27,480 nt of DNA, taken from positions 1-27,480 of IMG/VR virus record IMGVR_UViG_3300025084_000168, one strand, 5' to 3'. Made by a program: the position numbers and the translations under genes. The notes below the pieces were generated by a model that searched no databases, was not told the origin of the DNA, and saw only the letters and a list, made by a program, of their open reading frames with translations. The first letter of the stretch is position 1, and the number at the start of each line of letters is the position of its first letter. Positions 16,412 to 26,267 of the stretch are shown piece after piece. The stretch is from a virus. Lineage: Duplodnaviria > Caudoviricetes.

Positions 16412-17854
16412 TTAGGAAGCTACACATTGAATATCCAGAGAAGTATCAAATCTACGTAAGCAGATACCCGCTGTCTTCAACATGTGTACACTTGCACCAT
16501 CAACATCAGATGCTCTTGCGTCTGATCCAGAGAATCCTCTAGGTACAACAGAACCAGCAACACACCATCTCATCATCTCGCGACCTTTCTTTGAGATCAT
16601 TGTCAAGTTAGCTTGTCCGTCATAGTTAGACTGGTCAACAAATACCATACGGTAAGACTCCATAGAGTAACCAGTTACTGGGTGCTTCTCACGAGCTTGT
16701 GCAACAGGACCATGATCAAATAGTGGAATTTTTACCACATTGATTACGTGTCCGTCTACGTGCTCATAAGTTGTGAAATATCCAGTCAAACCTAAGTTAC
16801 GACCAGAACCTGTGATAAATCTGTTCTCACCACCTACTTTGAAAGTGTTACCTGCAAAGTGAGATTTAAGAGCCTCATCAAATTCACGCGCTCCACCAGT
16901 ACCAGTATACAAAGTAATCTGCTTCTGATTAGCGTCAGTCATTTGATAGAATAAATCACCAATAATATTTTTCAACTTAGACTCAGTCATAGTTGAGTAA
17001 GTGTCAGTATTTACGATTTGCTCGAATAAACCTGGTCCAACAATTACTGGTTGGCCATTCTCATCTTTCATGAAAGTTGATCCGTTAGAGTCGTAAGTTT
17101 TCTGTCCGTACCAGTAGTACATCTCACACTCTTCTTTAAAGTCAAGCATGTGTTGGTACTCTTCGTAATCCATCCATAACTTAGTAGAAGATCCACCTTT
17201 AGTTGGTAAAGTAAACTCCGCTACGAAGTCTTTAGCATTACCTGACATGTGGTAAGATTTTCTTACAGTTGTGATTTTGTTACGAACTTTACCTGGTGCT
17301 TGCCAGTTAGAAGCGTTACCTCTTGAGAAGTCAACACCTACTGGTGCATATAATTGCGCCCAAAGATCTCCTGCATTGAATCCTCCTGAAAGAACCGCTG
17401 TAGCAGCTGGGTTTACTAATTGTAAAGTATATTCCCAACCAGAACCACCTGCGTAAGGCTTAGGCTCTGCCATAATACGCGCTAGCTCACCTTTTGAGTT
17501 TACTAATACGTAAGGGAAAATAAATCGTTTATCAGGGAATACCAACGTAAATGTTGATCCTCCTTGACCTAAAGATGCTCCTGCATTTGCCACAGCAACT
17601 GGACGTGTTCTCAATTTGTGAGTAGCCACACGATATTCATACTCTAATCTGTCGATTGATTGAACGTTACCAGCTCCTTCTGTTAAGAAAGATAATGGAA
17701 AACGCTTATCATCCTTACCAGACAAGTGTGTGATAATCGGAGAAAGTTCAGTTGGTTTTGACAAAAGAGCATTTGCCAGACTATTCATGTCTGTCATTTG
17801 TGAATCGTTATAAAACGTTTTTTGAACGCTTATATTTGTTCCGTTTAAGCTCAT
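16412..17854 (-). CDS. Major capsid protein (crAss-like, HK97 fold)
   Basis: 480 aa. TDMNSLANAL, RFPLSFLTEG, SRGN, RNKITTVRKSY, GPGLFEQI, LYTGTGG, GYFTTYEHVDGHVI, SYRMVFVD. Follows portal and scaffold. Confidence 0.9.
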   Translation of the reverse strand: MSLNGTNISVQKTFYNDSQMTDMNSLANALLSKPTELSPIITHLSGKDDKRFPLSFLTEGAGNVQSIDRLEYEYRVATHKLRTRPVAVANAGASLGQGGSTFTLVFPDKRFIFPYVLVNSKGELARIMAEPKPYAGGSGWEYTLQLVNPAATAVLSGGFNAGDLWAQLYAPVGVDFSRGNASNWQAPGKVRNKITTVRKSYHMSGNAKDFVAEFTLPTKGGSSTKLWMDYEEYQHMLDFKEECEMYYWYGQKTYDSNGSTFMKDENGQPVIVGPGLFEQIVNTDTYSTMTESKLKNIIGDLFYQMTDANQKQITLYTGTGGAREFDEALKSHFAGNTFKVGGENRFITGSGRNLGLTGYFTTYEHVDGHVINVVKIPLFDHGPVAQAREKHPVTGYSMESYRMVFVDQSNYDGQANLTMISKKGREMMRWCVAGSVVPRGFSGSDARASDVDGASVHMLKTAGICLRRFDTSLDIQCVAS

Positions 17855-17910
17855 AATTATCTAATTTTATTTATTTAAGTTAAGTTGCATTTTAAAATTG
17901 CCATTTTTTA

Positions 17911-19008
17911 TTAAAAGTTAAGATCTAAATCATCTAAGTCTACTTGCTTACTCTTGCGTCTTGTTGCTTTTCGTGCGCTTTTAACTCTTTCTTCATTTCT
18001 AGAAATTCTATCTTTTAGCGATTTAGCACTTTGTGTTTTTGCTTTTTTATCTACAAACTTAGATAAGTCAAAGCCTTTATACATTAAGTAGTCAATTGCT
18101 AACTTAGTTTCTATTTCTGATTCAGAATGATCTAAATCTCGCTGTGTTCTACCATCTTTGGTCACAGGTTTAGAGACATAATCAAAAAACTTTGATTTTT
18201 CTCTTTTTGGAATTGATATACCTGAAAAGTCATCAGTTTCATTAATGGTTTCATATACACCATTCCAAAAATTTTGTTGCTGTTCCTGCGCTTGTTGCCT
18301 TTCTTCTTGTTTTCTAGCAACTAACTGAGATCTAGATTGCTCTTGCATCTTACCCATTGCCTTTCTAGCAGCTTCAGCTTTCTGGTATAATTTACCAGTG
18401 TCTTCATAGTCAGTCAATAATTCATCAATAAAATCTTTATCGTGACCTTTTGTTACGAAGTAATCAGATAGTATTCCTTTCTGACTTCTAGAATCTTCTT
18501 CGTCTAACTCTATCCTACTATAATCTAGGTTAGGATCGTATGCTTGCATAAAATCTTGAGAGTCTCCTCCGTTAAGAACGTATTCTAAATGATCTTTAAC
18601 TAAAGGAAAGTTTTCAAACAGGCCATCTAATTGATCTTCTGCCATTTGTTTTCCTACGTCTTGAGTCATAGCTAATAGTCCTTCTGTTGTATCATCGTAC
18701 TCTTCTTCAGTCTCATATCCTAGTTTTTCTAGAATCTCTGATACTACAGTAGAACCTTCTCTTTCTACTTCCTCATCATCATCATCATCTTCTTCTTCTT
18801 CCTCTAACTCTTCTTCAGTATCATCATCTTCAACTTCTTCTTCGTTAGATTCTTCTTCTTGTAATTCTTCTGCATCCGCATCAAGCTCATCAGCTTCTGC
18901 TTCTGGAGTATCTATTGCCAAATCACTTGGCGTTTCTGTAGATCCTCCGTCTAATACATCGTCAAACGAAATGTCGTCTAATCCAATGTTTTCTTCATCT
19001 GGTGTCAT
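17911..19008 (-). CDS. Acidic scaffold-like protein upstream of MCP
   Basis: Highly D/E-rich N-terminus (EEEEEDDDDDEE), helical C-terminal half. Located between portal and MCP. Confidence 0.7.
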   Translation of the reverse strand: MTPDEENIGLDDISFDDVLDGGSTETPSDLAIDTPEAEADELDADAEELQEEESNEEEVEDDDTEEELEEEEEDDDDDEEVEREGSTVVSEILEKLGYETEEEYDDTTEGLLAMTQDVGKQMAEDQLDGLFENFPLVKDHLEYVLNGGDSQDFMQAYDPNLDYSRIELDEEDSRSQKGILSDYFVTKGHDKDFIDELLTDYEDTGKLYQKAEAARKAMGKMQEQSRSQLVARKQEERQQAQEQQQNFWNGVYETINETDDFSGISIPKREKSKFFDYVSKPVTKDGRTQRDLDHSESEIETKLAIDYLMYKGFDLSKFVDKKAKTQSAKSLKDRISRNEERVKSARKATRRKSKQVDLDDLDLNF

Positions 19009-19030
19009 ATCTATATAAATTTAGTTTTTA

Positions 19031-19038
19031 CAAAAATA
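19031..19038 (-). promoter_or_regulatory. Bacteroidota primary-sigma -7 element (TAnnTTTG) upstream of scaffold/MCP
   Basis: TATTTTTG in the 89-bp intergenic gap, 22 nt upstream of the ATG. No canonically spaced -33 TTTG is evident. Confidence 0.55.
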
Positions 19039-19097
19039 ATTAAAATTGCAAGTTGTTACACATGCAATATGGTTTTTAGTTATGCCTTTATTATATA

Positions 19098-20684
19098 TCA
19101 CTTGCCTTCAAAATTTAATAAGTTTTGAGAAGGCCGGCCTCCATAAACTTTAGGAACAAATGCATCTATAGTACTTTTTGTAATATCTGATTTAATATCA
19201 TCAGGCAGTAATTTTCTAAGATACTTTTTATAATATTTACTATTTCCTCCTCCAACAAGCTCTGTCATTCGTATCGCAGCATCTTCAGGATTACCTTTAT
19301 AAAGATCATACCCTGCTTTTGCTACTGTTTTAATTTTATTATAATTTTGTGCAACAGGTTGTATATATTTATTAGCGGTATTAAACCCTTTAACAGCAGG
19401 AATATAGTTTAAAGCATTTACTCCTATCTTTAAACCGGCCTCTTGTCCTGATTTTTCTCCGGCTGAATATCCTACTCCTGCTTCAGCAGTACTACTCAAA
19501 ACTTTAGGCAGTCCACTTATATAACCATAATTATATAAAGTATTTAAACCTGTTCCAAGTTTACCTTTAACCCCAGGAGTAGTTAGTAACGTATTAATAC
19601 CTTTAGCGGTTTTATCTGTTGGATAAGCAAGAGCTCTTTTTGCAAAATTAGTAGAAGCAGGATTTCTTGCAAGTGAAGCACTTGATCCAACACCCATAGT
19701 AGATAAAGCAACTTGTTGCATAGTTTTTTGCCCTGTACCACTAAGAAGATTATCAAATTTTTCTTCATAGTTGTTTTGATCTTGAAGAGATTGATTTATG
19801 TAATCTCCACCATATCCTGAAGCTATTTGACTAGCTAAAAAAGAGTTAGCCATTACGTCTCTCATATTATCTTTAACCACATCTCTAAACTCACCTTGAT
19901 TTTCAGGAAGAGATGCAGTTTGCATATCTGTTACTTTCTTTATTGTATTCTTAGTATCAAATTGTGCATTTGGACCGGCCTGAATAACTGCCATTTCAGA
20001 AGCATTTAACTGTTCGTTATTTGCCTTTTTAGTATTTATATTAGATATTGTTTGATCATAAAGCTTTTTATTCTGAGTATTAAGATTTTCAGTAACTACA
20101 TTCTTTTGCTGCACAGCAGTTGCTGGGTTCGTATCTAAAGAAGTATTTTGATTGTTTAGTTCCTGATTCATTAAAGCTCTTACATCAAGATTAGTACTAC
20201 CAAGTGGAGGTAATTTAAACCCTGCATTCTGATACTTTTGCTTGTATCCTTTATATCCACCATTTTTATAAGCAGGCGTTTCTATAACTGTACCCCGCTT
20301 TGGTCCTGTAGGTAAATTCTTAATACCAGGTGGTACGTTATTAAAAGATTGAACTAGATGTCCTTGTTCATCTACCTTTGATATATTGATAGGCACTTTC
20401 ATGCCTTCTGTATTAAATGCTTGGTTAGGAGCTACATTAGGAAATGCCATAGATGCACCAGTGTTCCCGCGCGCGTGTTCTTCTCTTAGTCCTACCTCTT
20501 GCTCTTTAGCTGTTTGTGCAACTTGCATTTGCTGCTGTTGCTGTTTAGCCTGCGCCTCAGATTGTAACATACCAGATACATCAGCTCCTTGTTCCGCTAA
20601 TTGAAACAAGTCTAATACACTACCTTGGAAACCAGTTTGTCTAGCTTCGCTTAGTATTTGTCTACGAGTCTGATTGTTTAGCAT
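19098..20684 (-). CDS. Putative internal virion/cargo (ejected) protein
   Basis: 528 aa between portal and scaffold. Q/N-rich, Cys-free. VPPG...GTVIETPAYKNGG...KYQNAG segment and amphipathic G/A-rich helices. Function is inference. Confidence 0.5.
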   Translation of the reverse strand: MLNNQTRRQILSEARQTGFQGSVLDLFQLAEQGADVSGMLQSEAQAKQQQQQMQVAQTAKEQEVGLREEHARGNTGASMAFPNVAPNQAFNTEGMKVPINISKVDEQGHLVQSFNNVPPGIKNLPTGPKRGTVIETPAYKNGGYKGYKQKYQNAGFKLPPLGSTNLDVRALMNQELNNQNTSLDTNPATAVQQKNVVTENLNTQNKKLYDQTISNINTKKANNEQLNASEMAVIQAGPNAQFDTKNTIKKVTDMQTASLPENQGEFRDVVKDNMRDVMANSFLASQIASGYGGDYINQSLQDQNNYEEKFDNLLSGTGQKTMQQVALSTMGVGSSASLARNPASTNFAKRALAYPTDKTAKGINTLLTTPGVKGKLGTGLNTLYNYGYISGLPKVLSSTAEAGVGYSAGEKSGQEAGLKIGVNALNYIPAVKGFNTANKYIQPVAQNYNKIKTVAKAGYDLYKGNPEDAAIRMTELVGGGNSKYYKKYLRKLLPDDIKSDITKSTIDAFVPKVYGGRPSQNLLNFEGK

Positions 20685-22932
20685 TTTGTCCCTCTCTTGC
20701 TATGTTATTTTTATCTTGTGCTATCTGTGACTTATCCATTACTTCTTTTTCCCTAATAGCTAACTCTTGCTGTTTTAATTCAAAATCTTGCATAAGTTTC
20801 TGCATATTAAATCCATCTAGTTCTGGATTTTGCTTAGCTTCAGCATTTATTAAGGCAATCTCAATATCTTTCTGTCTATCTTTCTCAGATTCAATTTTTG
20901 TCTGCTCTAATTTATTTTGCTCCATTTGCATCTGTTGTTGCTGAGCTTGTTGTTGTGCTTGCTGCTGAGCTGCTTCTAATTCTTCAGCCGCTTTCTCTGC
21001 TGCTTTTAATTTAGCTTTAATTTGAGGGAAGCTTTCTGCATCCATCATGTCAGCTACTGTAGAAGCTTTAGTTCCATTTTGAACCATTGCTTGTGTAAGA
21101 CCTTTTATCTGATCTAACCTTTGTTGATCTTTACCAGAGTCTGATACAAATATTCCGTATTCAGATTCCATATGTTGTAAAGTATCAAGGTCTAAAAAGT
21201 CTGTAGTACCGTCTGGCATTACAAACATTCCTTTTTTACCAGTAAGCCAAGCTTCTTTAGAGTAATCTAACATTGCTTGTAAATCTCTTTGTTCTAATCT
21301 TGCAAACTTTCTAAATAAATCTTCTGTAATATGTGAAGATTGTACAATAGCTTGTTGTGAACTAGCTTTACCTTCGTATGCCCCAATTGTACCCTGTCTT
21401 TGTCTACTAACTCCTGAAAGTTTTTCCCATTCATTTAGTATTGACTCTAATAATTGTATATACTGTCCAATAGTCTTAATAGACATATCCAGTACGGATT
21501 GATGCTGTGGGTTCAATTGTATTCCTTCTTTGTTGTAATCCACCCAAGCAATACCCGTACCTTCAACGTAATACATAAACTTGTCCATGTCCCATTTCTT
21601 TGGAATCATGTTAATATCAAACTGTGCAATAATATCTTTTGATCTAGCAATAGCTAATTCTAATCTATATTTGTAAATATTGTAATTTAACTGATAAGGT
21701 ATACCTAATGATACTAAAGATATGTTATCAGAGTTTATATCTGAATATTTTCTACCATTAATAGGAAGTTTACAAGCAGATGGGTTATCTAATGATAATC
21801 TTTGATTAGCTACAGGATTGATGTTGACATATAATCTACCATCAATTCTAGTACCTTCCCATACTTCATTTACCCAAAGGTATGTAACCTTAGCTCCTAG
21901 TTCTTTTAATTCTGCAGGCATTTTAAATCCTTCATTAACTTCCATTTCCTCCATAGCACCAGTTTCTTGGTCCATGTATTCTAAAAAGCCAATTCTTTTT
22001 CTAGATTTCCAATATACAGTACATACTTCAATAAGTCTGTTTCTTTGAACATTTGAATCTGCCCCTGATCTAGCTTGTCTGTATAATAGATAAGATTCTG
22101 GATCAGAGTGTCTAGGTTCTTCTAAAGATAGTACCTCTTCGTCATTTAAAAAATCATAAAAATGATCTACAACTGTAGAAGCATGTACATATTTTCTAAC
22201 TAAAGCCCAATCGCCATCTTCTACAAACTCAATGTCTGGATCTTTATCATAATCTACATCAATAGGATTAAGTATCTCATAAAAAGGTTCTTTACTTCTA
22301 ACTCCTCTGTGAGTATATACTTCTCCAGATATTAAGAAATGAAACCAACCTTTTTGTAATTTTTCGTATACTTCTTCAGATTGCATTATATAAGTCAAAG
22401 CATGCTGCCCTTTAATAGCTCTGTTATCTACATAACTATTATCAAACTGTGCTGCTACGTCTTTTGGTAATGGAATGTCCTCTGGAGTTTCTATATTTTC
22501 TACAAGCTCTGGATTTGTTTTAGCCATCATTTGTATAAACCTTTGTTGAAGGTTTTGAAATATAACTTGCTGTTTAGCTTTTTCTTTTTCACTTACAGCA
22601 TCTCCATTCTGTACTGTAACGGTGTAATTCAGAGGGCGTTTTGACTTTTCACCTAGAAGAAGATCAATTATAGGCTTGATAATAGGATAGTTACGCATTT
22701 TAGAGGGGAAATTATTACGACTCTTCCCATACGGGTGAGTCACGTAACGATAGTCATCCTCTAAAATTACACCGTTATAATAGTCATATAATCTTTTAAG
22801 GTCATCCTTTCTCTGGTTGACTCCTTGATTAGATAAGTCGATAAAAGCTTCTAAGCAGCTTTCTCTCCACTTTTTATTTTTCTTTGATAAAGGCAGCTTT
22901 TGCTGCGGTATTTTGTCTCCCCCTAGATACAT
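20662..22932 (-). CDS. Portal protein
   Basis: 756 aa. IPQQKL, YDYYNG, NYPIIKPIIDLLLGE..KRP, WVNEVWEGTRI, KLPING, PYQLNYNI, SGVSRQRQG, QSSHITE and a Q-rich C-terminal coiled coil. Directly downstream of terminase. Confidence 0.9.
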   Translation of the reverse strand: MYLGGDKIPQQKLPLSKKNKKWRESCLEAFIDLSNQGVNQRKDDLKRLYDYYNGVILEDDYRYVTHPYGKSRNNFPSKMRNYPIIKPIIDLLLGEKSKRPLNYTVTVQNGDAVSEKEKAKQQVIFQNLQQRFIQMMAKTNPELVENIETPEDIPLPKDVAAQFDNSYVDNRAIKGQHALTYIMQSEEVYEKLQKGWFHFLISGEVYTHRGVRSKEPFYEILNPIDVDYDKDPDIEFVEDGDWALVRKYVHASTVVDHFYDFLNDEEVLSLEEPRHSDPESYLLYRQARSGADSNVQRNRLIEVCTVYWKSRKRIGFLEYMDQETGAMEEMEVNEGFKMPAELKELGAKVTYLWVNEVWEGTRIDGRLYVNINPVANQRLSLDNPSACKLPINGRKYSDINSDNISLVSLGIPYQLNYNIYKYRLELAIARSKDIIAQFDINMIPKKWDMDKFMYYVEGTGIAWVDYNKEGIQLNPQHQSVLDMSIKTIGQYIQLLESILNEWEKLSGVSRQRQGTIGAYEGKASSQQAIVQSSHITEDLFRKFARLEQRDLQAMLDYSKEAWLTGKKGMFVMPDGTTDFLDLDTLQHMESEYGIFVSDSGKDQQRLDQIKGLTQAMVQNGTKASTVADMMDAESFPQIKAKLKAAEKAAEELEAAQQQAQQQAQQQQMQMEQNKLEQTKIESEKDRQKDIEIALINAEAKQNPELDGFNMQKLMQDFELKQQELAIREKEVMDKSQIAQDKNNIAREGQNAKQSDS

Positions 22933-22938
22933 ATGTTA

Positions 22939-22946
22939 CAAAATTA
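22939..22946 (-). promoter_or_regulatory. TAnnTTTG -7 element upstream of portal
   Basis: TAATTTTG ends 6 nt before the portal ATG. Confidence 0.5.
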
Positions 22947-23009
22947 ATGTTTTTTACACACATTTATACTATGTGTATATATTTTTAAGCTTTCTTTATA
23001 TATATAGCA

Positions 23010-25066
23010 TTAATGATAGTTCTGATCAAACCAATCATTACTTGCATTATCTTCTAATATCTCTTTAACCTCTGCATTGTACAATTCTCTAGTATGATAC
23101 ATACCAATCATTAGTGCCATAACGCGGTCAAAGTTACCTTTAGTATTAAACTTTATAAGTTCTTGCAAAAGCGCAAGGTCATAAATTTTATGTAGGTTTA
23201 GTATAGTCTTTCCATCCTCTTCTACAGATCTTACTGCACTTAACCAATCTCGTATGTATAACTCTCCCTGTCTTTTCCTAGCCTCTGTTGTATTACTGCA
23301 CTTAACCAATCTCGTATGTATAACTCTCCCTGTCTTTTCCTAGCCTCTGTTGTATGCATACCATATTGACGTTTTACCGTCTTAGATCTTAAGTCTTTCT
23401 TGTCTAACATCTCAAATTCTTCTTGAAGCTTATGTAACTTCCTATGCTGCTTTGCATATTGTATTACAGCACCCCTATCATTCTCAAATCCTATCTTAGC
23501 ATTAAAATAATCAGCTAACATAAATAGATTTTTGTTATATTCGTCTTGAGTGTGTGGCCTACCTACATAACTAGCAACAATTAAATCATCAGGTTTTGAT
23601 ATATTATTTACTCTCTTTATCACATACGCAGCACCCAAAGAGCTGGAGTCTGCTGATTGGTTTTGTCCATACGGGTCATGGCAAATTACATATAGGTTAT
23701 GCGGAGTTTGTCCCTCCCGATTTTTGTAAGGGCCTTCATAAAGAACAATGGCTCCTTCAAGATTATCTTCCTTACGATGAGGATACCTTAGAATAGGCCT
23801 AGCATCTCCGTCTGGTTCAAACTTTATAAGATTATTCTTACCATAATAAAGCCTACCTGCTGTACCAATAGTGTGTAACTTGTTAGCTTTTACCTTATTA
23901 TACTGTTCTTGTAGTGATCCTATGTCAAATAGATTACCTGACACTTGTAATGTAGCTTCAGCTGGGCACATTGGGTGTTCCGCTATATATTGATCATATG
24001 CTTTAGGGTCATTCGTACCTTTTTTCTTATTTCTGTTGCCTTCTTCAAATTCTATAGCTAATTGTGCGTTAGAATTACCATCATCGTCTATAAATCCTTC
24101 TAAGTTCTCGTATATAGGTACAAAATGGCCACATGTAGTACCTCTAGCTCCATCATCCCATACATTTTCAAAAGATAGGCAATCATATGCGTCTGGATTG
24201 TAAAATAACTCTTCCATACCTGAAAAATCTGCACCTTTTGTACCACCTGTACCAAAAGCTACCATTGTTCCTAGTGTTTTATTACCTTGACGCATTGTAG
24301 GCATTGCAACTTCCCATGCTTTTAATAATCCTGGAAATGAACCTGCTTCTTCAAAGAATATAAGCTCTCCTGCCTTACCCCTTACTTTATCTGGGTCATC
24401 TTTTAGTGATACTCCCATTATTTGGGATTTCATTCCTAATTGTACTAGTGCTCCGTTTACATTCTTCCTATATCCAGACATTTTATTCATTTCTCTGTCT
24501 GTAAGTCTAGGTTGCGTCCATGCTGTGTTATCATCCACAAAAGAAAGGATCTCCCAAGCCTTAGATAGTAAACCATCCCCAATTAAGTATTCTTTTTGTC
24601 CTGCAAATACATAATTCTTACTATTTCTTATATGAAAGTAGTTTCTAGCAAGCATTGCGGCTGCTTTATAAGAATATCCTTTACGACGTGACTTAAGAAC
24701 AGTCATATGCTTGTTTGTTTTCCTACAATTATCAATTGCAGTAAAGTATCTCCAATCTCCGTCATAAAACGCAGGAAATGTACGCTCTCTACGAGCTATA
24801 GTAGAACCATCTGGTAATTCCTCATCAACAGACCTGTCAATGGGACAATAATTAAGATAAAAGTAATGATTACCTGTTATTGTAATATCATTATGAGTAA
24901 ATCCGTACACACAACGCTTTCTTTCTTCATCCCAGTAGTCATAATATGCTTTTGTACCGGGTAAGGCATTCGTGTAGTAGCCATTCTCTAAATATAACGT
25001 AGCCGCAGGAGCTAATCCCTTGGTGCCTCTAAAAACTTCCTCTTTATGTTTACTAACTCCTGACAT
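23010..25066 (-). CDS. terL: Terminase large subunit, apparently frameshifted by a 62-bp duplication (664 aa when one copy is removed)
   Basis: Walker A-like LKSRRKGYSY, Walker B LIFFEEAG, AFGTGG, nuclease ICHDPY and FENDRG lie in ORF 23240-25066. The final nuclease motif NFDRVMAL lies in ORF 23010-23309. Both ORFs contain TTEARKRQGELYIRDWLSAV. 2057-62=1995 nt=665 codons. Confidence 0.9.
23231..23354. repeat. Perfect 62-bp tandem duplication
   Basis: ttactgcacttaaccaatctcgtatgtataactctccctgtcttttcctagcctctgttgta occurs at 23231-23292 and 23293-23354. Confidence 0.97.
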
Positions 25067-25290
25067 TTCTCGTATTCTTCTATTTCTATAAAATGTGATA
25101 TTAATAATTCTAGTGTAGCTTCATCTCTTCCGTCTCCTTCTATAGGATCAAATGGTAAATAAAATTCCATTAGTTCTCCCTCATTTTCTGCGGCTTCATA
25201 TATATCATCAAGAGTTATCTTCTTAGTTATAAAGTTATATGCGTTGTCCATTGAGCTATTGTATGCTTCTAAGTCATCTAAAAAATCCAT
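25012..25290 (-). CDS. Small acidic protein with UvrB/UvrC-like coiled-coil motif
   Basis: FIEIEEYEKCQELVN resembles the UVR 'E(E/D)YExA' motif. Overlaps the terL start by 55 nt. Confidence 0.55.
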   Translation of the reverse strand: MDFLDDLEAYNSSMDNAYNFITKKITLDDIYEAAENEGELMEFYLPFDPIEGDGRDEATLELLISHFIEIEEYEKCQELVNIKRKFLEAPRD

Positions 25291-25299
25291 GCTCCCAAT

Positions 25300-25806
25300 T
25301 TACGAACTATATTTGTTAACTACAACTCCTCCACGTGCATTTGTGTTGACTTGCTCTTGTTTTTTAACCTGATCCTCTAGTTTTATTAGTCCATCTACTA
25401 CATCTCCCATCTTAGATAAGTTTGCAACTAAATCTTTTGCATGGTAGATAGGTTTACCGTTATCATCTAGTAATGTTAAATCTACAGTGTCAAAATATCT
25501 CTCTAATTTAACTATAGAGTTCCTTGCAGCCTTTAATAACTTAACCGCTGAGGTTTCTTTTAGTTTTCTATACTTATCACAAGCACCTTTCACCTTAGAT
25601 GATGCTGTCCATTTACTTTTACCATAAACACTTAGCTTTACCTCATCATGTCTTTGTTCAACATCAAATACAGCAAAAGGAGAAGTATGGTCACACATAA
25701 AAAATACATATGCCAACTCTTTAGTGTCTAATCCTTTAAACTCTTCTATTGTAAGAGTGTAAGGAGAAGGAACTGCTACATTATTTACTATCTCCAGTAG
25801 ATTCAT
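25300..25806 (-). CDS. Conserved helical protein upstream of terL, candidate terminase small subunit
   Basis: 168 aa, ELAYVFFMCDHTSPF...coiled coil...ARGG. Size and position fit TerS. Not proven. Confidence 0.45.
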   Translation of the reverse strand: MNLLEIVNNVAVPSPYTLTIEEFKGLDTKELAYVFFMCDHTSPFAVFDVEQRHDEVKLSVYGKSKWTASSKVKGACDKYRKLKETSAVKLLKAARNSIVKLERYFDTVDLTLLDDNGKPIYHAKDLVANLSKMGDVVDGLIKLEDQVKKQEQVNTNARGGVVVNKYSS

Positions 25807-26011
25807 TCTTTCTTTTTGTTATATTATCTCTTCTTGCTTTCTTAGATGAAAACTTACCAAAGTATGGTAGTCTTACAGAGTCAAATGTTCCAGCAGACAT
25901 TGTTTTAGATACATACTTAAACTGACTATTAACTATTGACTCCACTTTCTCTAAAGATAAATTATGCTTTGTCGCTAGTATCTGTATTATCTCCTTCTTG
26001 GATTTGGTCAT
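25781..26011 (-). CDS. HU/IHF-like DNA-binding protein
   Basis: KKEIIQILATKHNLSLEKVESIVNSQF...VRLPYFGKFSSKKAR fits the HU/IHF helix-helix plus V-x-L-x-x-FGxF signature. The beta arm appears short. Confidence 0.75.
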   Translation of the reverse strand: MTKSKKEIIQILATKHNLSLEKVESIVNSQFKYVSKTMSAGTFDSVRLPYFGKFSSKKARRDNITKRKNESTGDSK

Positions 26012-26267
26012 TGTTTATTGTTTGTGGTTTCCATACATTTATTGGGCATTTAGTAGTTTTCCATTTTGCTTTATGCTCAATCAGGCACCCACACTTACCA
26101 CATCTCATCTTATCTCTAATTAAATGCTCACATGCATTACAATCAGATAGTCTTTCAGTATAATCTTCTGGAGACACATTAGGTGCTCCTTCTTTTACCC
26201 ATTTTGCTAAATCTCTACTAAAGCTTTTAGTCATAGACCAAATGCCAGGTGTTTTATTATCACTCAT
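25962..26267 (-). CDS. Small Cys-rich, probable Zn-binding protein
   Basis: RLSDCNACEH...RCGKCGC...KAKW...CPINVW. Confidence 0.65.
   Translation of the reverse strand: MSDNKTPGIWSMTKSFSRDLAKWVKEGAPNVSPEDYTERLSDCNACEHLIRDKMRCGKCGCLIEHKAKWKTTKCPINVWKPQTINNDQIQEGDNTDTSDKA

Noticed and set aside
18770-18860. tca/tct trinucleotide runs, also the CAG/CAA runs at ~20530 and ~20930-20970
   Set aside because: These are simply poly-Asp/Glu and poly-Gln coding tracts in the scaffold, cargo and portal proteins, not contingency loci.
23010-23309. Separate 99-aa gene, intron/intein or programmed frameshift in terL
   Set aside because: The split is fully explained by the exact 62-bp duplication. There are no intron, intein or slippery-site features.
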